From IMG/VR virus record IMGVR_UViG_3300045051_000720, positions 1 to 64,000 of that record: a stretch of 64,000 nt of DNA. The stretch is one strand, 5' to 3'. Position 1 is the stretch's first letter; each line of letters begins with the position of its first letter. The position numbers and the translations under genes are program-made. Under the pieces are notes generated by a model. The model made no database searches. It had not been told where the DNA came from and saw only the letters and a program-made list of their open reading frames with translations. Shown piece after piece: positions 1 through 8,844 of this stretch.

Positions 1-40
1 CGCGGTCGGACAACCGCGCTTTGACCTCGGCGCTGTTCAC
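1..40 (-). CDS. 5' fragment of a CDS running off the window edge (MNSAEVKARLSDR...), possibly primase/helicase
   Basis: GTG at 40-38 overlaps the TGA stop (37-39) of the replication gene; only 13 codons visible, product is a guess from position. Confidence 0.3.
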   Translation of the reverse strand, partial: MNSAEVKARLSDR

Positions 41-774
41 GAGCGCGTTCGTTTGACAGATTCGGCGTCGCCTAATTGCGGCAGCCGCAAAGGACGATCA
101 CAGCGATTCAGCCAATTGATGAATCGCCTTCGATTTGGCTGGCGATTATTTGCCGTGCACCACGCCGTCATCTTCGCCAACTCCCGCCGCACGTCGATTC
201 CGTAGTAGGCCACGTCGGATTCGAGTGATTTGAGCCATCCATCATCGTCAACCGGATCGGCAGCAGCCGATCGTTTTGGCTTCTTCACTTCTTCTGTATT
301 TGCGTCTGCGTCTGCTTCTGTCTCTGCTTGTGCTGACATTGCTGACAATGATTGACTGTGATTGACTGTAATTGACTTTTGCTGACACGACGTTGACGGA
401 TTAGCGCGGCGTTGTCTTTCTCTAAATTCCTGCTGCTTCAGTCGGTTATATTGTCGGCGCTCGTCCGCGGACATCTTTTCCCGGTATTTCGCGTGATTCA
501 GTATCACCCAGCCGCCGTCGACGACCTCAATACGCCGGCCCTCAAAATCCTTCGTCCGTGAAAAGCTATCCGGTGAGGATAGGATTTGAAGAGCCGTTTC
601 GGTTTCGGGCAACGAGACCCGGGCCATGTCAGCCAAGCCAGGGACCGACGCCTCAACAATCCCGTGTTTATTGGCCATCGCCAACATCGTGATCCACACG
701 ATCTTTGTCTCTTTCGACTCACGCCAGATTGTTGAAGCAATGATGGAGCCAAACAGTTTCGTGTAACCATTCAT
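37..774 (-). CDS. phage replication initiator-like protein
   Basis: N-terminal wHTH-like YTKLFGSIIASTIW...SRT..FEGRRI...GGW.ILNHAKYR, basic linker, C-terminal RRRFINWLNR domain; ATG 774 preferred over ORF-track start 840. Confidence 0.65.
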   Translation of the reverse strand: MNGYTKLFGSIIASTIWRESKETKIVWITMLAMANKHGIVEASVPGLADMARVSLPETETALQILSSPDSFSRTKDFEGRRIEVVDGGWVILNHAKYREKMSADERRQYNRLKQQEFRERQRRANPSTSCQQKSITVNHSQSLSAMSAQAETEADADANTEEVKKPKRSAAADPVDDDGWLKSLESDVAYYGIDVRRELAKMTAWCTANNRQPNRRRFINWLNRCDRPLRLPQLGDAESVKRTRS

Positions 775-918
775 GTCAACGCGATTGATGACGCCGAGTT
801 GACTGCGAAGAGTCAAGAAATCCTTAGGGACAATTCTCATGCCAGCGGGCGGAAAGTTACCGCTTCGCGCGGTCGAACAGCGCGAACAGCGCGGACGTGG
901 CTTCGGCGCCGAAGGAGG

Positions 919-1917
919 TCATACGCCGCACATGCCTTCGCACTCCGCGTTGAACCCGGCGAGAATACCCTGGCCGCGGTCTTCGTCGGTCGAAAGGTCA
1001 ACTTGGTCGAGTGGCACACAGGAGCGGTGAAGGAACGGTGTGCTGTTGAAGTTCTGCGAATGCAGCTTCTCTCTCTGCACCCCCTTCTCGAACTGCACCG
1101 CCTTCTCGAACTCGGCGGGCTCGCTATCACGAAGCCGTCGCCATTCCGAGTTTGAATGATGCGGGCAATAGACGCACGCGGAGCGCGGCGGCTCGGGAAA
1201 GTTATGCGCCGTCATCCACCGTTTACAGTCGTGCCGCGACATTTCTTTTTCGATGAGCGGCCACCGCGACCGCAGCCACGGATCGCGCGACGGCTTCATG
1301 CGCGCCATCTCGTCGAGCGAGATTCCGATCCACTGAATAGCCAAGCAGTCTGCCTGCATGGCATTCCATTCGGCTTTCGGAAACGCGGGCACCGCTGGAA
1401 TTGGTTTGCCTGCCTTGCGCGCGGCCTCCGCTGCGGCGGACAATTTCTTCCAAGCGGACCAGACACGAAGTTCGGTGCGCCATTTCTTGCGCCACTCACG
1501 CAACACAAGAATGCCGACAAGTTCAGCGGCCTTTGTCTTGATCGGGATGAGTTTGAAATCTCGCGTGCAGCCGCGAAGCTTCACCTTTCCCTTATCGCCA
1601 TTGGCGGCTTTCGCGAAAAATGGGATGTTTGTCGTTGTGAATCGCCGACCGTCCTTCGTGAACTTCATTTTCAGCGCCGATGCACTGAGGCTGCCCGCGG
1701 TGACGCGGTAGAGTGGAAAGCTATGCGCGCCCAATCCGTTTGATAGACGCGGCTCCAGCCAATCCAGCCAACGGTAAACGCTCGCCGGTTCGTCCTGCGT
1801 ATCGGCGAAGATTGCCGCGTTCGGCATCGGCGTGATTTCGCCGAATGCCGCCATCAACGCCATGGTTGAAGATTGCACGCCAGCCCCGAGGGAAATGATG
1901 TGGAGTGGTTCGCTCAT
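919..1917 (-). CDS. PAPS-reductase-like PP-loop (adenine nucleotide alpha hydrolase) protein
   Basis: ISLGAGVQSS PP-loop, FADTQDE, RSACVYCP and terminal ECEGMCG cysteine motifs. Confidence 0.7.
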   Translation of the reverse strand: MSEPLHIISLGAGVQSSTMALMAAFGEITPMPNAAIFADTQDEPASVYRWLDWLEPRLSNGLGAHSFPLYRVTAGSLSASALKMKFTKDGRRFTTTNIPFFAKAANGDKGKVKLRGCTRDFKLIPIKTKAAELVGILVLREWRKKWRTELRVWSAWKKLSAAAEAARKAGKPIPAVPAFPKAEWNAMQADCLAIQWIGISLDEMARMKPSRDPWLRSRWPLIEKEMSRHDCKRWMTAHNFPEPPRSACVYCPHHSNSEWRRLRDSEPAEFEKAVQFEKGVQREKLHSQNFNSTPFLHRSCVPLDQVDLSTDEDRGQGILAGFNAECEGMCGV

Positions 1918-1957
1918 AGTTTTCTCGTCTCAGTCGCCGCTTGGCCGAAGGGCGCGG

Positions 1958-2158
1958 TCATGGGGTGATGCGACGAATGACCCGTGCGTCCGGTGTGATG
2001 GGTTCGCCCTCGGCAATTTCCCAGTCGCCGCGATTGCCGATCCATGGAAACGGAGGACGCCACTTCAAATCCTCGCGGTCAAGGATGCGATCACCATTTC
2101 GGACTTGGCCGTAAATCACACGACGCCAGCCGGCGGGAATCTTGATTTGAGCGTTCAT
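1958..2158 (-). CDS. hypothetical protein
   Basis: 66 aa ORF, 4-nt overlap with upstream ORF. Confidence 0.5.
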   Translation of the reverse strand: MNAQIKIPAGWRRVIYGQVRNGDRILDREDLKWRPPFPWIGNRGDWEIAEGEPITPDARVIRRITP

Positions 2159-2355
2159 GGAAATCTGTCTCCGCGCATCGGCGACCAGTAGTAGACGGGT
2201 TCCTCTTTCGCGGCGATAAACGCGTCGCGCATCGGAATATATCGCGCGTCGGCAATCTCGGCGGCTTTGCGAAACTGCTCACGGCTGCGTTCGCGTCGAC
2301 GCTGATGCGCCTCGGTTAGCGGTCCGACGAAGTGTCGCGTTCCGGGGCCGGTCAT
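2155..2355 (-). CDS. hypothetical protein
   Basis: 66 aa ORF in chain of ATGA overlaps. Confidence 0.55.
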   Translation of the reverse strand: MTGPGTRHFVGPLTEAHQRRRERSREQFRKAAEIADARYIPMRDAFIAAKEEPVYYWSPMRGDRFP

Positions 2356-2546
2356 GTGCGTGGCTCCAATAGCTCCTTAGCGTCTTCGATGTTGTGTTCA
2401 CACTGGCCGCAAGAACACCAGTAATCGGGTTTCTCTGGTCGCTGCGTCGCGATTCGCCCAACGAACTCGCGTAACCGGGCGATCTCTGCGGCTTGTTCAG
2501 CAACAAGCTGCGCCTGTTGAGCAATGAAAGAAACCTCGCCTTTCAC
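2352..2546 (-). CDS. hypothetical protein (CxCxxC motif)
   Basis: GTG at 2546 overlaps upstream TGA; coiled coil followed by WCSCGQC. Confidence 0.55.
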   Translation of the reverse strand: MKGEVSFIAQQAQLVAEQAAEIARLREFVGRIATQRPEKPDYWCSCGQCEHNIEDAKELLEPRT

Positions 2547-2974
2547 GGCTCGCTCCTTTTGTCGGCGTCGCGCACCTCTTCCCATCGCGCCCGCCACGTC
2601 TTCCCGTCGGCGGTCTTGAGCGTGATCGTGACTTCCTCGGGCTTCTGCGGCGCGAGATACGGACGCTTCATTGGAAACAATGATTCATACACCTCTTGCC
2701 CTTGTGGGCAGCCGCTAATGGACAAAAATTCACCAAATCCATGCGCCCAAAGACGAACATCACCCCCGGATGCAAAGGTCATTATCGTCTCAATCTTTCC
2801 TTGTAAAATAACCAGCGGTGATGTGTTTAATACCGCCGTATCAGGCGGGTGGAATTGCGGTGTGCTCGATATGTTTCCGCCGTCGTAAAGGTCTGGTTTT
2901 TTGTCCTGCGCTGCGAGGAATATGGTAAACGCGAGCCCAATGGCGATGGCGATGATTGTGGTGATAGTTTTCAT
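2543..2974 (-). CDS. hypothetical membrane-anchored/secreted protein
   Basis: N-terminal hydrophobic stretch IIAIAIGLAFTIFLAA. Confidence 0.6.
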   Translation of the reverse strand: MKTITTIIAIAIGLAFTIFLAAQDKKPDLYDGGNISSTPQFHPPDTAVLNTSPLVILQGKIETIMTFASGGDVRLWAHGFGEFLSISGCPQGQEVYESLFPMKRPYLAPQKPEEVTITLKTADGKTWRARWEEVRDADKRSEP

Positions 2975-2978
2975 GGAT

Positions 2979-3074
2979 TCAGTGAGTCTTCTGCGCGTCG
3001 CGCACCAGCCACCCGACCAGCGCGCCGACCGCCGCTGCGATGCAGACCACGATGCAGATTGCCGTGGCGCTCAT
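2979..3074 (-). CDS. 31-aa single-pass membrane peptide (MSATAICIVVCIAAAVGALVGWLVRDAQKTH)
   Basis: hand-translated; ATG overlaps upstream stop; fills the gap between neighbours. Confidence 0.45.
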   Translation of the reverse strand: MSATAICIVVCIAAAVGALVGWLVRDAQKTH

Positions 3075-3256
3075 GGTAGTTGTCTGGATTCCAAGTCTGC
3101 GATCATCTCGTTGAGTTCGGCGTCTGACGGCGCATATCCGTTTTCCTCACGGAAAGCATCAGCCACACGCTGCCGCCGGTCCGCAATGTCCTGCCCGAGC
3201 CAGTCGTCTTGCTGCGCGTTCGCCCAGGAGTGGAGGTCGCGGTCGTGGTCGCTCAT
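3071..3256 (-). CDS. hypothetical protein
   Basis: ATGA overlap at 3253-3256. Confidence 0.55.
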   Translation of the reverse strand: MSDHDRDLHSWANAQQDDWLGQDIADRRQRVADAFREENGYAPSDAELNEMIADLESRQLP

Positions 3257-3573
3257 TTGATTTCTAGCCGCCATTTTTCGCCGCCGTCCTTGCGCATCAC
3301 GTCAATTGCGGCGCGTAACGGCAATTCCGTCACGATTGAATAGGCTTTCGCCGATGCGGGTAGGCCGTTGATGCTCGCCGCGCACGGATGCTGCTCAAGC
3401 CAGTCGAGCCGCTCGGTATCGCTCAGCGCACTACCAAGGAGCGCCCGCATCTGTGCGCCGTCGCTCAGCACGGTTTGCACGGCGCCAACCAACCCACTCC
3501 AGTCGCGGAACGGTTCGTTCGGATGGCTGATGTGCCATTCGAGAAAGCGGGTCAGGTATTCGTCGGCGGTCAT
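3253..3573 (-). CDS. hypothetical protein
   Basis: ATGA overlap at 3570-3573 with exonuclease stop. Confidence 0.55.
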   Translation of the reverse strand: MTADEYLTRFLEWHISHPNEPFRDWSGLVGAVQTVLSDGAQMRALLGSALSDTERLDWLEQHPCAASINGLPASAKAYSIVTELPLRAAIDVMRKDGGEKWRLEIK

Positions 3574-4439
3574 TGTGATTGCCTTAGTTTCCACTCCGAC
3601 AGCGACACAGGCCGCGGCTCGTTCGGTTCGCCCGGCCAAACTCCGCTCTCGTAGCAACGCGCCAGCAACTGCAAATCAGCCATCACCTCGCGCGTGCCGA
3701 CGTTCAACGACTCCGCATCCGGCAACCGAATGGAGCACTCGAAAGGCTCCTGCTTCTCCACCACGAGATTCACGCACTGCGGCACGAAAGTTTCCACGCC
3801 GAGCACGCGCGCAACGACAAGCCGGTAAAAAGCGTCGCTCTTGTAGTAGTTAAATTTCTCGTACTGGTGATCGAAATCGTCTAGGCATTCGATTGTCTTG
3901 ACGTTCATCAGCAGCGGGCCGGCGGTCGCCTTCGGATCGAACCAATCGACGCGCGCCTGTACGGCGAAACCAGGAAGCTGGTGGCGAAACGTAACCTCGG
4001 GTGTGCCGCAGTTCAGCAACTCGGCGGCAGCCGGTTTCTCCCGCACGGCGTCAACCATGCGCTCGGCGAGATCGACTGATTCGCGGGCGATGATTTCGCG
4101 GGAGCCGCGCTCCTTTTCAAAACCATCCCACCACGAAATTGAATCACAGGTTTTCTGTGACGGTTTGGCGGCACAACGGAATCGCCGCAAGTCCTCCGGC
4201 GCATCATCGGGAATCACGACGTACCGCTCCGCGAATACCTTCGGCCCCTCCAGCGCAAGGCAGTGGAAGGCGCGGCCAAATTGCAGCGCCTCCGTGTCTT
4301 TGGGTGGCGGCATAGTCCGCTGAATCCACCGCTTGAAGAAAATCAGCGGACGCGGGCGCAAGTCGTCGAGTTGGCCGGCGCGAACGGCATCGCTTGCGAG
4401 GTAGTCCGCGAAACTTTCGTTCAGGATTCCTGTGCTCAT
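3570..4439 (-). CDS. RecE/exonuclease VIII-like PD-(D/E)XK protein (DUF3799-like)
   Basis: ALQFGRAFHCLALE, PEVTF, ARVDW, NVKT, Y..SDAFY motifs; directly downstream of RecT-like gene. Confidence 0.8.
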   Translation of the reverse strand: MSTGILNESFADYLASDAVRAGQLDDLRPRPLIFFKRWIQRTMPPPKDTEALQFGRAFHCLALEGPKVFAERYVVIPDDAPEDLRRFRCAAKPSQKTCDSISWWDGFEKERGSREIIARESVDLAERMVDAVREKPAAAELLNCGTPEVTFRHQLPGFAVQARVDWFDPKATAGPLLMNVKTIECLDDFDHQYEKFNYYKSDAFYRLVVARVLGVETFVPQCVNLVVEKQEPFECSIRLPDAESLNVGTREVMADLQLLARCYESGVWPGEPNEPRPVSLSEWKLRQSQ

Positions 4440-5140
4440 GGTGCGGCGGTAGTCGCGGGTTTTTCCAAGTCGCTAAGACTCGGCGTGACGTTCTTCTCCG
4501 GCTCGGGATGGTCGCGCAGCTCTTCGATGGTCTTCAAGCCGCGCAGCAAATCTGGGAAAGCGTCCCGCAGGCAGAATGTGCGCGCCCGCATCAGCAACAT
4601 CCGGTCAGGATATTGGGACCACGGACCGGTTTTACCCCACAATCCAGCCCTCTTGGCCATCGCGACGGTGAACGATCGCACGATGGGTTCGGCGCGCTCC
4701 TTACGCTTGACGGTCACACGGAATCCCATCTCGTCGCCAGTCCCGATCATCTCGTCCTTGTATGAGTCGATGAGAGACTGACAAACCCCTGGAACAGCGT
4801 CACCCCAAAGCGCGGGGCGACCGTTGATAAGAGCGATGTTTTGGAGCGATGCCATCGGCCCAAGCCCCACCTCGGCGCCGAATTGAATAGCGACCAGCAC
4901 GGCCTCCGGCGTACCGAACCCCTTCGGCGCCATGCCAGAGGTAATGACCGCCTTCGCGAAAATAAAGGCGTCCGCCATGCTGCGCAGCGACACGCCGCGT
5001 TCGTCGTAGGGGATGAGTTCGCTGCGCTTTGGACCGCCGGCGATCGGCACGATCGGCGCGGGTGATGGCGTCGGTTGCTGGCCTGTGGACTCAGCCTGCG
5101 TAGCCAGCTCCAGCGTTTCGGATTCGGGATGTTTTGTCAT
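4436..5140 (-). CDS. recT: RecT/Bet-family single-strand annealing protein
   Basis: GAEVGLGPMASLQNIALINGRPALWGDA and GPWSQYPDRMLLMRARTFCLRDAFPDLLRG motifs. Confidence 0.85.
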   Translation of the reverse strand: MTKHPESETLELATQAESTGQQPTPSPAPIVPIAGGPKRSELIPYDERGVSLRSMADAFIFAKAVITSGMAPKGFGTPEAVLVAIQFGAEVGLGPMASLQNIALINGRPALWGDAVPGVCQSLIDSYKDEMIGTGDEMGFRVTVKRKERAEPIVRSFTVAMAKRAGLWGKTGPWSQYPDRMLLMRARTFCLRDAFPDLLRGLKTIEELRDHPEPEKNVTPSLSDLEKPATTAAP

Positions 5141-5150
5141 TGGAAAATGG

Positions 5151-5378
5151 TTACAGCACCACGACCGCCAGTTGCGACCCCTCCGGCATCTGCAGGTAGG
5201 CGACGCCGGGGTAGTACGGGTCTTTGTGGACGAACTCGACGCCGGGAACGGGAATGCCGTTCACGGCGAAACAGCGCGACGGTCTTGCGCTGACGACTTC
5301 GCGAATCGTCCCGTTGAGCACGAAGCACGCGCCGGCTCGCACCGTGCGCACGTCTTGGCGGATTATGGTCGGGTTCAT
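5151..5378 (-). CDS. hypothetical protein
   Basis: 75 aa ORF, coupled overlap. Confidence 0.5.
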   Translation of the reverse strand: MNPTIIRQDVRTVRAGACFVLNGTIREVVSARPSRCFAVNGIPVPGVEFVHKDPYYPGVAYLQMPEGSQLAVVVL

Positions 5379-5608
5379 GCGTGCTCCGTGGTGTAGTGCG
5401 GCGGGACCTCTTGCTCTTGGGCGGCGACGGCGCGATCTAGCGCCGCGCAGAGCCGTTCTCGCGACGGGCCTTCCTTGTCGTCTTGCTCACACATGACGCC
5501 GAGCGCGCCGAGAAGGCTGTGTAAAACTAACATCGCGCGATGGTCGTCGAGCGACGTAACCCGCCAGCGCAAGGCGGCGATTCGATGTGTGTAGTCTGGA
5601 CTGATCAT
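5375..5608 (-). CDS. hypothetical protein
   Basis: ATGA overlap at 5605-5608 (MISPDY...). Confidence 0.5.
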   Translation of the reverse strand: MISPDYTHRIAALRWRVTSLDDHRAMLVLHSLLGALGVMCEQDDKEGPSRERLCAALDRAVAAQEQEVPPHYTTEHA

Positions 5609-5850
5609 GGAATTGTCTTCGGCAAGTCCGCCGCCGCGATCGTCGTCTTCCCGTAGTTCGCGCCCGGTCGCATCTGCTTCGCCTCGCGGATGAGCTCCGT
5701 CGATTCGCGCATGATTTCCCGCGTCGCGTCGTCCGCGCGTTCCGAGTAGAGCGCGAGCTGTTGCACCGCGACGAAAAGCGCGTCGCACAGTCGGCTGTTC
5801 ATCAGCGCGAGGCGGTCGGCGTCAGTCTCCGGTGAATTCGCGTTTGGCAT
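5605..5850 (-). CDS. hypothetical protein
   Basis: 81 aa ORF. Confidence 0.5.
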   Translation of the reverse strand: MPNANSPETDADRLALMNSRLCDALFVAVQQLALYSERADDATREIMRESTELIREAKQMRPGANYGKTTIAAADLPKTIP

Positions 5851-6082
5851 AGCACTCCCGCAGGTATTCCGCGTCGCGAAACCGCACCGGGTACGACCGC
5901 CGCGCCTTCCCGCCCATCAGCGCCAGAATCGCCTCCGTCGCGCTCGGAAACGCCTCCGAGGATGAGCCGTCGGCCCACTCGATCCGGTAGCATCCTGGCG
6001 ACTCCATGCGCACGTCGGCGTCGGCGAGGGTCGCGATTTTGTCGGCGGGGAAAGTTGGTGCGGTGGTGATCATGCGCGTCAT
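5822..6082 (-). CDS. hypothetical protein
   Basis: TAATG overlap at 6080-6084 (MTRMITT...). Confidence 0.45.
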   Translation of the reverse strand: MTRMITTAPTFPADKIATLADADVRMESPGCYRIEWADGSSSEAFPSATEAILALMGGKARRSYPVRFRDAEYLRECYAKREFTGD

Positions 6083-6267
6083 TATTCGTCTTGCTTTGGC
6101 CATTCACCGGGCAATTCTTCGTCCGGTTGACTTACAGGCGGCGTCTCGGGGTTGTTACCGGGCGCCGCCTTCGTTTTTACGGTGTTCGTCAGAAGAAACT
6201 CGGCTCGCACGGCCTCATGCTGTTCCTCGTTGAATCGGTACGGTTTCCCTGACGGGTCGGTGGTCAT
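6082..6267 (-). CDS. hypothetical protein
   Basis: ATGA overlap with methyltransferase stop (MTTDPSG...). Confidence 0.5.
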   Translation of the reverse strand: MTTDPSGKPYRFNEEQHEAVRAEFLLTNTVKTKAAPGNNPETPPVSQPDEELPGEWPKQDE

Positions 6268-7214
6268 GGCGTGACAGGCCGATAGGTGGCGCCGATCCAT
6301 CGCGCGAGGACCAGCGGAATCTTGGCAATCGTGGCACTTGCGGCCTTGCGCGCCTTGCTCTTGCTGGCGGTGTGTTGCGCCACACCCCATCCGCTACATG
6401 CGCCGCGATAGGCAGCCCCGGCTTTCACCCCTTCGTGCTCGCCCGGATTCGTCAGGTGCTTGGTGTGGCCTTCACCGTCTCGGATGTGCGGCGCGCCGTC
6501 CGTCTTCCTCCCTTTCAAATTTCGTTCTGCGTGGCCGTTGAATGCGAGTCCGGCAACATGCTTTGGGTGGCCGGGTGGATACCAGCCCGCGCCCATCGTC
6601 GTCACCTTCACGCCTTCCACGCCTTCTCTGAATTGGTCGGGACGAATCGCGCTGAGTTGATTACCCGTTCCCGGTTTCGGCGCCTTGGTGCGAGATGCCG
6701 TGATGGGCATCAGCGCCGGCACGTCCCCCCAAAGATAAAATGAGCCGAAGTTCCACTTGGCCCTACCGACCCACGGCTGAGCCCCGCGCACGTTTTCGAC
6801 CACCATCGGAATGTGATGCCCCGCCGCCTCGCACGCCTCGCGCTGAATCCGAAAGCAGGCGTTGAAGAGCTGGTTCAGCTTGTCCAGCTTTTCGCCCGTC
6901 ATGTCGGCGCGAATTGCTGCGGCCTTCGCTTTACCCTTTTTCCACGGCATCGCCATGTAGCTGTACGCTTGGCACGGAGGGCTACAAACTATCAGACCAG
7001 CATCCCTGAATTGGCTTCCGTGCAATGTGAGCACGTCTTGGATTATCAACTCAACATGCGCCGGCCGCGCGACGTTGAATTGTGCGCACATATCCTCGAT
7101 GTCGAAACCCTTAACGCGCCAACCTTCCGCGACCAGCCCTTCAGCCCAGCCATGAAGGCCCGTGAACAGGTCAATCGCGAGCGGCCTTTCCCCAGATGAG
7201 ATTGAAGGCGTCAA
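6264..7214 (-). CDS. C5 DNA cytosine methyltransferase (compact phage type), TTG start inside upstream endonuclease gene
   Basis: motif I AIDLFTGLHGW, motif IV SPPCQ, motif VI ENV, motif X-like ATIAKIP. Confidence 0.8.
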   Translation of the reverse strand: MTPSISSGERPLAIDLFTGLHGWAEGLVAEGWRVKGFDIEDMCAQFNVARPAHVELIIQDVLTLHGSQFRDAGLIVCSPPCQAYSYMAMPWKKGKAKAAAIRADMTGEKLDKLNQLFNACFRIQREACEAAGHHIPMVVENVRGAQPWVGRAKWNFGSFYLWGDVPALMPITASRTKAPKPGTGNQLSAIRPDQFREGVEGVKVTTMGAGWYPPGHPKHVAGLAFNGHAERNLKGRKTDGAPHIRDGEGHTKHLTNPGEHEGVKAGAAYRGACSGWGVAQHTASKSKARKAASATIAKIPLVLARWIGATYRPVTP

Positions 7215-7833
7215 GAAATCGCTCCATTTCCGTTTCTCGATAGACGAGAAGTTTTGAACGATGCGGGAAGAGGCGAGGTGAACGATTTGTCACCGCCGAT
7301 GCAGGAATGACGTACAACGGCCCAACGAGCCCGGCGCAATGCACGATAAAGAAATCCACATCGCCGGGGTCGTAACCGGAGCGCACGCCGTTTCGTCGAT
7401 GTCGGTCGAAATTCACTCGGAAGCATTTCGTGCTGAGATCGTAAGTGCCCGATTTTACCTGCAAACGCTTTACGCCGTTTCTGCCAAGCACGATCAAATC
7501 CGTCCTGTGGTTTTGGCATGCTGGTTCCCAGACATCGAAACCCAGCTCGGACAATCTGGTCTTGGCGTAGTTTTCCGAGATAGTTCCTTTCACGGTTGAA
7601 TCGAGTTCGTCCCATTGAGCTTTGAACCGAACGAGGTCGGTATCCTCGATTGACGCCGTTGGAGCGGGGCGTTGCGGCTTCTCTCGGCTGAGCCGCATAG
7701 CCGAAACGATTTTGCTGATCGTTGTGAAGGACCATCCCGTTTGCAATCGGATCGCCTTGAATGTTGCACCTTGGCGATAGAGTTCTGCGACGACCGTTGC
7801 TTGTTGGGCCGTTGGGGATTTCTTTTTTGCCAT
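7171..7833 (-). mobile_element. free-standing PD-(D/E)XK homing endonuclease (I-Ssp6803I-like) with N-terminal HTH
   Basis: KGTISE...TDLIV...RLQVKS...GYDPGDVDFFIV...LYVIP; own promoter; sits between two copies of MTase motif I. Confidence 0.75.
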
Positions 7834-7840
7834 GAAGTGT

Positions 7841-7869
7841 GTTATATCTTAGCACCTGCGTTGTGCCAA
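7841..7869 (-). promoter_or_regulatory. sigma70-type promoter TTGGCA-17-TATAAC for the endonuclease
   Basis: exact 17-nt spacing, 7 nt upstream of ATG 7833. Confidence 0.6.
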
Positions 7870-7885
7870 GATGATTTACGCACGC

Positions 7886-7921
7886 CCCTCCGCAGAAAAG
7901 GTCTATCGCGATCGGTTTCAT
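7886..7921 (-). pseudogene. orphaned 5' end of a C5-MTase (MKPIAIDLFCGG)
   Basis: ATG-initiated motif I copy; frame continues as non-MTase sequence through the endonuclease. Confidence 0.65.
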
Positions 7922-8061
7922 GTCGGCGGCTTTCACTGCCGACACCATACCAAAGCCCAGCGCCGCCGCCTATGGAAAACCAAAACGGCGTTTGTAATCG
8001 GATTCGGACCGTCAGACCCGCTCGTGTTATCCGAAGTACGGATACACGGTGAAGCTCGTTG

Positions 8062-8280
8062 TCAGGTCATCGCCAGCAGCAGCCGCAGAAGCCAGATGAC
8101 CGCCGCGCACGCGAGGATTGCCAGGATGACCTTGCGGAACGGCTCCGGAATCCCGATGTAGCCGACGAGCCATGTCAGCAAAAAAAATACCAGGCCGATC
8201 ACGACGACCGTGATGACCAAGTGGATCATCGCGTCGGAGTTGATGGCGGGGACCGACGAGGCGAGGACGATGGGTTGCAC
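8062..8280 (-). CDS. small two-TM membrane protein
   Basis: two hydrophobic helices around IGIPEPFRK. Confidence 0.7.
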   Translation of the reverse strand: MQPIVLASSVPAINSDAMIHLVITVVVIGLVFFLLTWLVGYIGIPEPFRKVILAILACAAVIWLLRLLLAMT

Positions 8281-8317
8281 GCCGACACTGACCGTCTGCG
8301 GGCGAATAGGTTGCCGC

Positions 8318-8647
8318 CTACCTTGCCAGCATCGTATTCATCTTCGCATTCGTGTCCCGCGTCTGCGCGTTCGTGTCGCGCACAAGCCCACGAATATCTT
8401 CCATTTGCCGGTCCAGGCCTTCCATTCGCACCATGAACTCGGTGCGCGGAATAAAGACGAGCATCCGCTTATCCATCGGCATGATTTCTTCATGCAGGGC
8501 AACCAACCCCTGCTTCAGGTGCTCGATGTCCGCGCGCGTCGATCCAGTGAACGCCCCGTAGATGATGGCTTGGCCGATGAACGGACCAACGATTGCGACC
8601 GCCAACGGCAGCCATTTGAACACGCTTGCTCGTTGGGATTCGCTCAT
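8318..8647 (-). CDS. membrane-anchored coiled-coil protein (lysis cluster)
   Basis: N-terminal TM, helical C-terminus. Confidence 0.65.
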   Translation of the reverse strand: MSESQRASVFKWLPLAVAIVGPFIGQAIIYGAFTGSTRADIEHLKQGLVALHEEIMPMDKRMLVFIPRTEFMVRMEGLDRQMEDIRGLVRDTNAQTRDTNAKMNTMLAR

Positions 8648-8844
8648 TGGATTTGATTCAGACGTTCGCGCGCAGCCTGCACTCTGGCAAGATGCCGCGT
8701 GAACTGCCAGCGGTGCAAGCGCGGAAGCCCTTCCTTGCGCAGCGCGTCCTGAATATGCCGCTCCAAGGCCTCCAACCGGATTCGCTCGCTTTCCAGCAAT
8801 GCGGCGTTCTTGGCGTCCGCGTCATTTGGCGGTTCCCATTTCAC
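8644..8844 (-). CDS. hypothetical helical protein
   Basis: 66 aa, ATGA overlap with downstream gene. Confidence 0.5.
   Translation of the reverse strand: MKWEPPNDADAKNAALLESERIRLEALERHIQDALRKEGLPRLHRWQFTRHLARVQAARERLNQIQ

Noticed and set aside
7171-7921. Group I intron interrupting the methyltransferase
   Set aside because: The endonuclease ORF and its promoter fill the whole interval and overlap the downstream MTase sequence, leaving no space for a ribozyme core; motif I is duplicated rather than split
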